This document shows positions 16,026 through 22,200 of a DNA stretch of 24,787 bases, piece after piece; position 1 is the first letter of the stretch, and the number at the start of each line of letters is the position of its first letter. The position numbers and the translations under genes are program-made. This stretch comes from Candidatus Woesearchaeota archaeon (lineage in GTDB: Archaea > Nanobdellota > Nanobdellia > Woesearchaeales > SKGA01). A model generated the notes under the pieces. It worked only from the letters and a program-made list of their open reading frames with translations. It made no database searches and had not been told where the DNA came from. Location: positions 1 to 24,787 of the forward strand of contig JAFGOT010000032.1 in the NCBI GenBank assembly GCA_016926395.1. The letters run 5' to 3'.

Positions 16026-16496
16026 ATGTAGGTGTGTATTTTTCTCCATTTTTAATTTCACTTTTTATTTGTTCTATTTTTTCCACGTTCCTTCTTTTAC
16101 TTCCCAATTGTGTTTATTTATTTCTCCATTGAAATAAATTTTAAATCGAGATTGAAATTCTTTAATATCATTATCTACAAATGTTTTTTCTAATAATAAA
16201 ACTTCATCCTCTTTTACGTGTATTCCTATTTCCTCTTTTAATTCGTCTATTATTGACTCTTTGTATGTTTTTCCAGAATCAACTATTCCGCCCGCAGAAA
16301 AATCCCAGTGCAGGGGATATCTATATTTATGTTCGGATCTTTTTTGTAAATATATTTCTTTTTTATTATTTATAACAAAAACTCCCACTCCTCTTGTTAT
16401 AAAATTTCCACCATGCATTTTTGAATCTTTGATTTGTCCAATAATTTTATCGTTTTTATCTACGATATCAATTACTTTAATTTCTCCAATTCCCAT
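15997..16496 (-). pseudogene. NUDIX hydrolase (IDI-like), interrupted by a 1-nt frameshift in an A6 tract
   Basis: IYLQKRS..K..YP..WDFSAGG and a degenerate Nudix box GIVDSGKTYKESIIDELKEEIG. Stop at 16074-16076; the adjacent frame continues IEQIKSEIKNGEKYTPTFIDSFLKFF to a stop at 15997-15999. Confidence 0.7.
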
Positions 16497-16565
16497 TTTT
16501 GTTTTCTCAGTTGTATTTATTACTACAACACAATTTTTTATTTTTAAATTCTTTTATTTTTATTC

Positions 16566-16895
16566 ATGTCTCTTGAATCAAAAATTACCATGTCTTCTTT
16601 CATAAAATATGCCACTTTTGTAGATATATTTGATGCAATTTCTGGTCCTTTATCTTTGGCTCTTTACTCAAGTGGAAGTGATTATTTGTACTCAGTTGCA
16701 AATGTATTAAATTTTGTAGAATTGGGTATTGTAAAAGCTCCTTTTATTTTTTCATATTTATCTAAAACTAAAGATTTTGGTGCTTTGCTTTACTGGGCTC
16801 CTAAAGAGCTGGTTTCTAACTTTATTCCTCTTTGCTCTCTTATTGATGTTGTTCCTGCGTATCATGCTAGGATTAAATATGAAGAAGGTCGTTGA
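16566..16895 (+). CDS. Hypothetical, probably membrane-associated protein (109 aa)
   Basis: Clean ORF divergent from the Nudix gene, with hydrophobic segments. No family recognised. Confidence 0.6.
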   Translation: MSLESKITMSSFIKYATFVDIFDAISGPLSLALYSSGSDYLYSVANVLNFVELGIVKAPFIFSYLSKTKDFGALLYWAPKELVSNFIPLCSLIDVVPAYHARIKYEEGR

Positions 16896-17058
16896 AGTTA
16901 TGTTGGGTTGTTAAATTACTATTTCCGAAGTGTTAGTTTCGATAAGTTTAAAAATGGTCTTTTGCTCTTAATCATTCATGTCATTAAAAGTACAATTTAG
17001 AACTCAAAAATTCTGTTGTTGTTGTTAATTCTAGACTCATTTTCATCGGTAAGTGGAT

Positions 17059-17129
17059 GCGCACGTGGCCAAGTGGTAAGGCAATGGGTTGCAGCCCCAT
17101 GATCCTCAGTTCAAATCTGGGCGTGCGCT
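17059..17129 (+). tRNA. trnC: tRNA-Cys (GCA), no intron, CCA not encoded
   Basis: Acceptor GCGCACG/CGTGCGC, discriminator U73, D arm GCC..GGC, anticodon stem ATGGG/CCCAT with loop TT-GCA-GC, T arm CTCAG-TTCAAAT-CTGGG. Confidence 0.96.
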
Positions 17130-17132
17130 TTT

Positions 17133-17166
17133 GGAGTGCACCTGGGGATTTTCTCAGGGCGCATCC
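17133..17166 (+). terminator. GC-rich hairpin after tRNA-Cys, followed by a pyrimidine tract (possible terminator or processing element)
   Basis: GGA-GTGC-a-CCTGGG-gatttt-CTCAGG-GCGC-a-TCC, then TTTACCATCTCTTTCCTTTCATTT. Confidence 0.5.
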
Positions 17167-17228
17167 TTTACCATCTCTTTCCTTTCATTTCCAAAAGTTT
17201 ATATTAAACGAAATTTGAGGTTATTATT

Positions 17229-18701
17229 ATGTCACTTAAAATATATAATTCACTAACAAATAAAGTTGAAGATTTTGTTCCTGTTATTCCAAATAAAGTT
17301 CGTATGTATCATTGTGGGCCTACTGTTTATGGTTTCGCTTCAATTGGTAATTTTAAATCTTTTATTTTTGCAGATTTAATTAGGCGATTTCTTGAGTTTA
17401 AAGGATTTGAAGTTACTCAAGTTATGAACATTACTGACGTTGGTCATTTAACTGATGATGGTGATGATGGTGATGATAAGCTTGAAGTTGCTGCTAAAAA
17501 AGAAAAAAAACACCCTCTTGAGATAGCAAAATTTTATACTGATGCATTTAACAAAGATTGGGATACTTTGCGTATGCTTCATCCTAATTTTCAGCCTAAA
17601 GCTACAGAAACCGTTGATGAAATAATTGAATTAATTAAAGTTCTACTTGAAAAAGGTCATGCTTATGAAAGTAATGGCAATATTTATTTTGATGTTAAAT
17701 CTTTTAGTGATTATGGGAAATTATCTGGTAATTCTTTAGAAAAATTAACTAAAAATCGTGTTGAGATTGATGCTAATAAAAAAAATCCTAATGATTTTGT
17801 TTTATGGTTTGGTAATTCTAAATTTGAAAATCATATTCTAAAATGGAATTCGCCTTGGGGTGAAGGATATCCTGGTTGGCATATGGAATGTAGTGCTATG
17901 TGTGCTAAATTTTTGACTCCTGCTTTTGAGAATGGAAAATTAAATCCTGAATTATTCGAAACTATCGATATTCATACAGGTGGTGAAGACAATAAATTTC
18001 CTCATCATGAATGCGAAATTGCTCAGAGCGAAGGCGCTTTTGAAAAACAGTATGTAAAATATTGGATGCATCCTGCATTCCTTCAAATTGAAGGAGGAAA
18101 AATGAGTAAATCCAAAGGTAATGTCTATTATGTCTTTGAATTAATTAAAGAAGGTTTTTCATGGAGAGCTATTCGTTATTTATTGATTTCAGCTCATTAT
18201 AGACAATCTCTTAATTTCACAAAAGAGGGTCTAAGAGCAGCACAAAATTCTCTTGATAGAATAGATGAGATGCTCCGAAAATTAAACAACATTCGTAATG
18301 ATGCTCCCTATGATGAACAAGTTTCTCTTGTTGTTAATGAGATGTTAGTTGTTGTAGAACGTGAAATGGATAATGATTTGAATGTTAGTGGTGCTTTTGG
18401 TGCGATGTTTGAATCAGTTAAAGCTGTTAACATCGGTTTACAAAAAGAAACCATTGGGGAAAACCAAGCCCAAGAAATTATTAATAAATTCTTTGAGTTA
18501 GATTCTATTTTTGGTTTCCTGCCAAAAGAAATTTTGGATGAAGAAGAACTTGAACCTGAAATTGTTGATTTATTAGAACAAAGAGTTAAAGCTCGTGCAC
18601 AAAAAGATTGGACAACAAGTGATGCTCTGCGTGATAAACTTAAAGAGAAAGGTATTCTTGTAAAAGACACCTCTTCGGGTCAAGAATGGTCTAAAGCTTA
18701 G
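17229..18701 (+). CDS. cysS: Cysteine--tRNA ligase
   Basis: CGPTVY, VMNITDVGHL, DFVLW, SPWGEGYPGWHMECSAM, DIHTGGEDNKFPHHECEIAQS, KMSKSKGN, RAQKDWTTSDALRD. The HIGH position reads SIGN. Confidence 0.97.
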   Translation: MSLKIYNSLTNKVEDFVPVIPNKVRMYHCGPTVYGFASIGNFKSFIFADLIRRFLEFKGFEVTQVMNITDVGHLTDDGDDGDDKLEVAAKKEKKHPLEIAKFYTDAFNKDWDTLRMLHPNFQPKATETVDEIIELIKVLLEKGHAYESNGNIYFDVKSFSDYGKLSGNSLEKLTKNRVEIDANKKNPNDFVLWFGNSKFENHILKWNSPWGEGYPGWHMECSAMCAKFLTPAFENGKLNPELFETIDIHTGGEDNKFPHHECEIAQSEGAFEKQYVKYWMHPAFLQIEGGKMSKSKGNVYYVFELIKEGFSWRAIRYLLISAHYRQSLNFTKEGLRAAQNSLDRIDEMLRKLNNIRNDAPYDEQVSLVVNEMLVVVEREMDNDLNVSGAFGAMFESVKAVNIGLQKETIGENQAQEIINKFFELDSIFGFLPKEILDEEELEPEIVDLLEQRVKARAQKDWTTSDALRDKLKEKGILVKDTSSGQEWSKA

Positions 18702-18717
18702 TTTTTTAAGCAATAAT

Positions 18718-18725
18718 TTTATAAA
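18718..18725 (+). promoter_or_regulatory. TATA box for the pilin-like gene pair
   Basis: AATT-TTTATAAA-C after a T6 run ending cysS; SD-like GAGAGG near 18749-18754. Confidence 0.5.
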
Positions 18726-18765
18726 CCTTCATTTCTATTTTTATACTTGAGAGAGGTTTATTTGG

Positions 18766-19221
18766 ATGATTTTCACAGGTCGGGCTCAGGCCGCAGTAGA
18801 ATATTTGTTTATTGTTGCCCTTGCTTTGATGCTCATTGTGCCTGGAAGCATTGTCTTTTATCGGTTTTCAGCCGATTCGCAGGCAGTGGTGGAAGTATCT
18901 AAAATAACTTCTGCTGGTAATGAGATTTTAGGAGTTGCTGAAGAACTTTACTCCTTAGGCGCTGCTTGGGAGACTGTTGATGTTAATTTTCCTAATTCTG
19001 CTACTGGTATGTGGGTTTATAATGCGACGGTGAGTGAGTTGGCTTTGACTTTTGACATGGGCGGTCCTTCTGAAGTGGTCTTTTTCACACACGTTTCTAT
19101 GGGTAATAGTTCCACAAATGATTGCACGAATGGATGTTTTATTCCAATAACTCCTGGTGATAATCGTATTCGAATAGAATCAAATGAAGAAGGTCAGGTG
19201 GTGTTAAGATTAAAAGACTAA
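18766..19221 (+). CDS. Archaeal class III signal peptide (type IV pilin-like) protein, 151 aa
   Basis: G-R-A/Q-A-A-V-E-Y matches the [KR][GA]/Qxxx[DE] prepilin peptidase pattern and is followed by a hydrophobic helix. Small beta-rich C-terminus with one CxxxC pair. Confidence 0.85.
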   Translation: MIFTGRAQAAVEYLFIVALALMLIVPGSIVFYRFSADSQAVVEVSKITSAGNEILGVAEELYSLGAAWETVDVNFPNSATGMWVYNATVSELALTFDMGGPSEVVFFTHVSMGNSSTNDCTNGCFIPITPGDNRIRIESNEEGQVVLRLKD

Positions 19222-22200
19222 AAAAAGCACAGAGTGCTATAGAATTTGTCTTATTAGTTTCTTTTATGCTGTTAATATTCTTCTCTTTTTTCTTATCATT
19301 TCAAAACAAGATAGTGGAAATTGCCAGGGCTCAAGATTTGCAGTATCTACAAGAAGCAAATGATGTTATTATTTCTGAAGTTGCTCTTGCTCAAAAAATG
19401 TATGCTGATTATGAGAGAACATTTATTCTTCCTTCCATTGCTGACAAACCTTATCAAATGAATTTAACCGATCTCAACGAGATTACTTCTTATTATAATG
19501 GTCTTGAGTACGTTAATTTTTTGTCTGTTAATATTTCTGGTGATGTATTTGCCGGTAATATTGAAAGTGGTAAAAACACTATTTATAGAACTGATGGTAT
19601 TGTTTACCTTCCTGACGGGACTGTTTATCGAAACGATGATTATGCAGGTTTTTATGCTAATGTTAATCCTGAGACTTGTTATGAATATAATTATTCTGGA
19701 ACTTGCGCTGACCTTTACAAAATCAATTCTCAATTTAAACAGTTTTGTATAAACTTTTTTGACTTAGTTTGTCCTGTTTGTCCTGATGGTGTTGTCGACC
19801 CTCCTTATGAAGAGTGCGATGATAACGCTGCAGGTAATCATGACTGCTGGCCAGGTGGTGTGTTAAACATTTCCGATCCTTATTGTCATCCTGCTGTTCC
19901 TGATCCTAATTCTGCAGATTCAACTTTTGTTTGGACTTGTAACACTGACTGTCAAGGTGAATCAGTGGAGCGTGGTTGTAATGATGATGGCGGTTGGTGT
20001 GATCAACAAGATGTAAATGTATGTCCTGGAAATGGAGATGCTAACCCTAACAATAATGATTGTGATGGTTTACTAAATATGTCTTTATCAAATAATGAAT
20101 TTAATTTTTCATTAGATTTTAATGCTAATCTTTATGCACAAGATTGTGGTACTAACTGTAATTATCAAATAGTTGATACTCAAGTTTTTAATTTAGCAAC
20201 CTCTTCTTGGGAATCTATTGGTCCGATTTGGCCTTGGAATTTAGATGCTTCTATTGATGTAACTAATACCTTAAAAATTACTGGTTTAAGAGATCAATTT
20301 CAAGACACTTGTGCTCTTGCTTATAGGGATGCTAATGTCACGATAAAAGTGAGTGATGATCCTCATCCAATAACTCGAACAGAGATTTTTAATTTTTATT
20401 TAACTGACTGTCCTGGATGTGGTGATGGGGAAGTTCAAGTTTTTGATACTTACTCTGAAACTTGTGATTATGGCGCTCCTCTTTCAGATCCTGCTGTTTG
20501 TATTCCTGCTTATGGTCCTGCAACTTTTGGAGGCGTTAAAGCTAGTTGTCAATATTGTTCTCCTACTTGTCAATGGGCTACTAATGTAACAACTAAGTTT
20601 TGTGGTAATGATATTGTTGAATCCTTGTATGGTGAAGAGTGTGATAATACTTCTTTGCCTGAGCCTTCTCCTTGGTCACTTGGTGGAACAACTTTCTGTA
20701 ATGTTTATTGTAAAAATGAAACTACCTCTCATTGTGGTGATGGGATAAAAGATATTGGTCATGAAACTTGTGATCTTGGCGGAACTAACAACAATGATAC
20801 TCCTTGTATTCCTTCTTGGGGGACTTCTTGTTCTTATTGTAATTCTGTATGTCAAGAAATAACAATTGATGGTTCTAGTTGCGGTGACACTTATTGCGAT
20901 TTGGGTTTTGAAACTTGTTATTCTTGTTCAAGTGATTGTAATAATCCTGCTTGTGCATCTGTTGCAAATTTAAATTTTTTTTCTTCTAATCAAAATGAAG
21001 GTATTCTTCTAAGTTATGTTAGGGGAGAGGGTTTAGATCATATTGATTTAGATTGGCGTATTAATAATGGAGCAACAAGTATTAACACTATTAATGCTCC
21101 TTTTAGTGAGTTTATTTCTACTGCAGGTTACGGTAATGTTGTTGATCAATCAACTTTCAATAACGATGGTGATTTAGGCGGTGGTTCTACTTCTAATATT
21201 CCAACTTTAGAGAATAGTAATTGTTTATCTGGTCTTGGTTCTTGTTATTCTTTTGGAAATGGAGATTTGATTAAGTTCAATCCTCAAGAAGATGTTCGTT
21301 CTGATTTTTCATTTTCTTTTTGGGTAAGACCGACTTCTTCATTTTCAAGTCTTCCTGTTGTTGATTCTAGTCCTGATTCTGCTAATTTATTTGTTCTCCT
21401 TCCGGAAAATCAAGGAGCTATTAGTCTTGGAACAGGTGTTGCTGTAGGAACAAATGGTGCTTATGTCTTTGCTAATTTTGCAGGAAATTATTTCGCAGTA
21501 GCAGGAGGTCCCAAATCTTTTTCAGATTGGACTTTTATTACTGTAGTTTTTGAAAATAATAGGCCTTATATTTACGCTAATGGTGTTCCTTTAGGGACGA
21601 GTTTATCTAATTCACTAACTACTTTTCCTCCAAGAATTATAGGTGGTTCTTCATTCAATGGTTTGGTTGATGAGTTTAGGGTTTTTGACAGGGTTTTATC
21701 TGATTCTGATATTGTTCACTTATACAATCATTATACTTCTAGAGGAAGTTCATCTCTTAAAGCTCGTGTTCAAAAAGTTGTTCCTGGTGAAACTTGGAAA
21801 GTTAAATTAACTTCTTATGATGTTAATGGTGTTGCGATTCCTGTTCTTTATTCCAATGCTCTTTATATTCCTGGTTGTGGTGATGGTAATATTGATTTAG
21901 GAGAGGATTGTGATGATGGTTTTCCAAATCCTGCTTCTGAAGTTTGTCAAACAAATTCAAATAATAATAATTGTAATTTTAATAATCCTAATGAAAACTT
22001 TTATGATGTGATTAGAACAGATTATTCATATTGTAATACTGGTTGTGATGCTGGAACTTATTCTGCTAATTATTACTGTGGTGATGGTATTAAGCAAACT
22101 TCAAATGGTGAAACCTGCGATTATGGATCTTATAATGGAGGCATTTATTGTGATGGTTTTGGAACTACTCCCTCTTATGGTGTTGATTGCTATACTTGTT

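Noticed and set aside
20975-20982. T8 tract inside the giant gene as a phase-variation site
   Set aside because: The frame is intact, and runs of this length are common in this AT-rich sequence.
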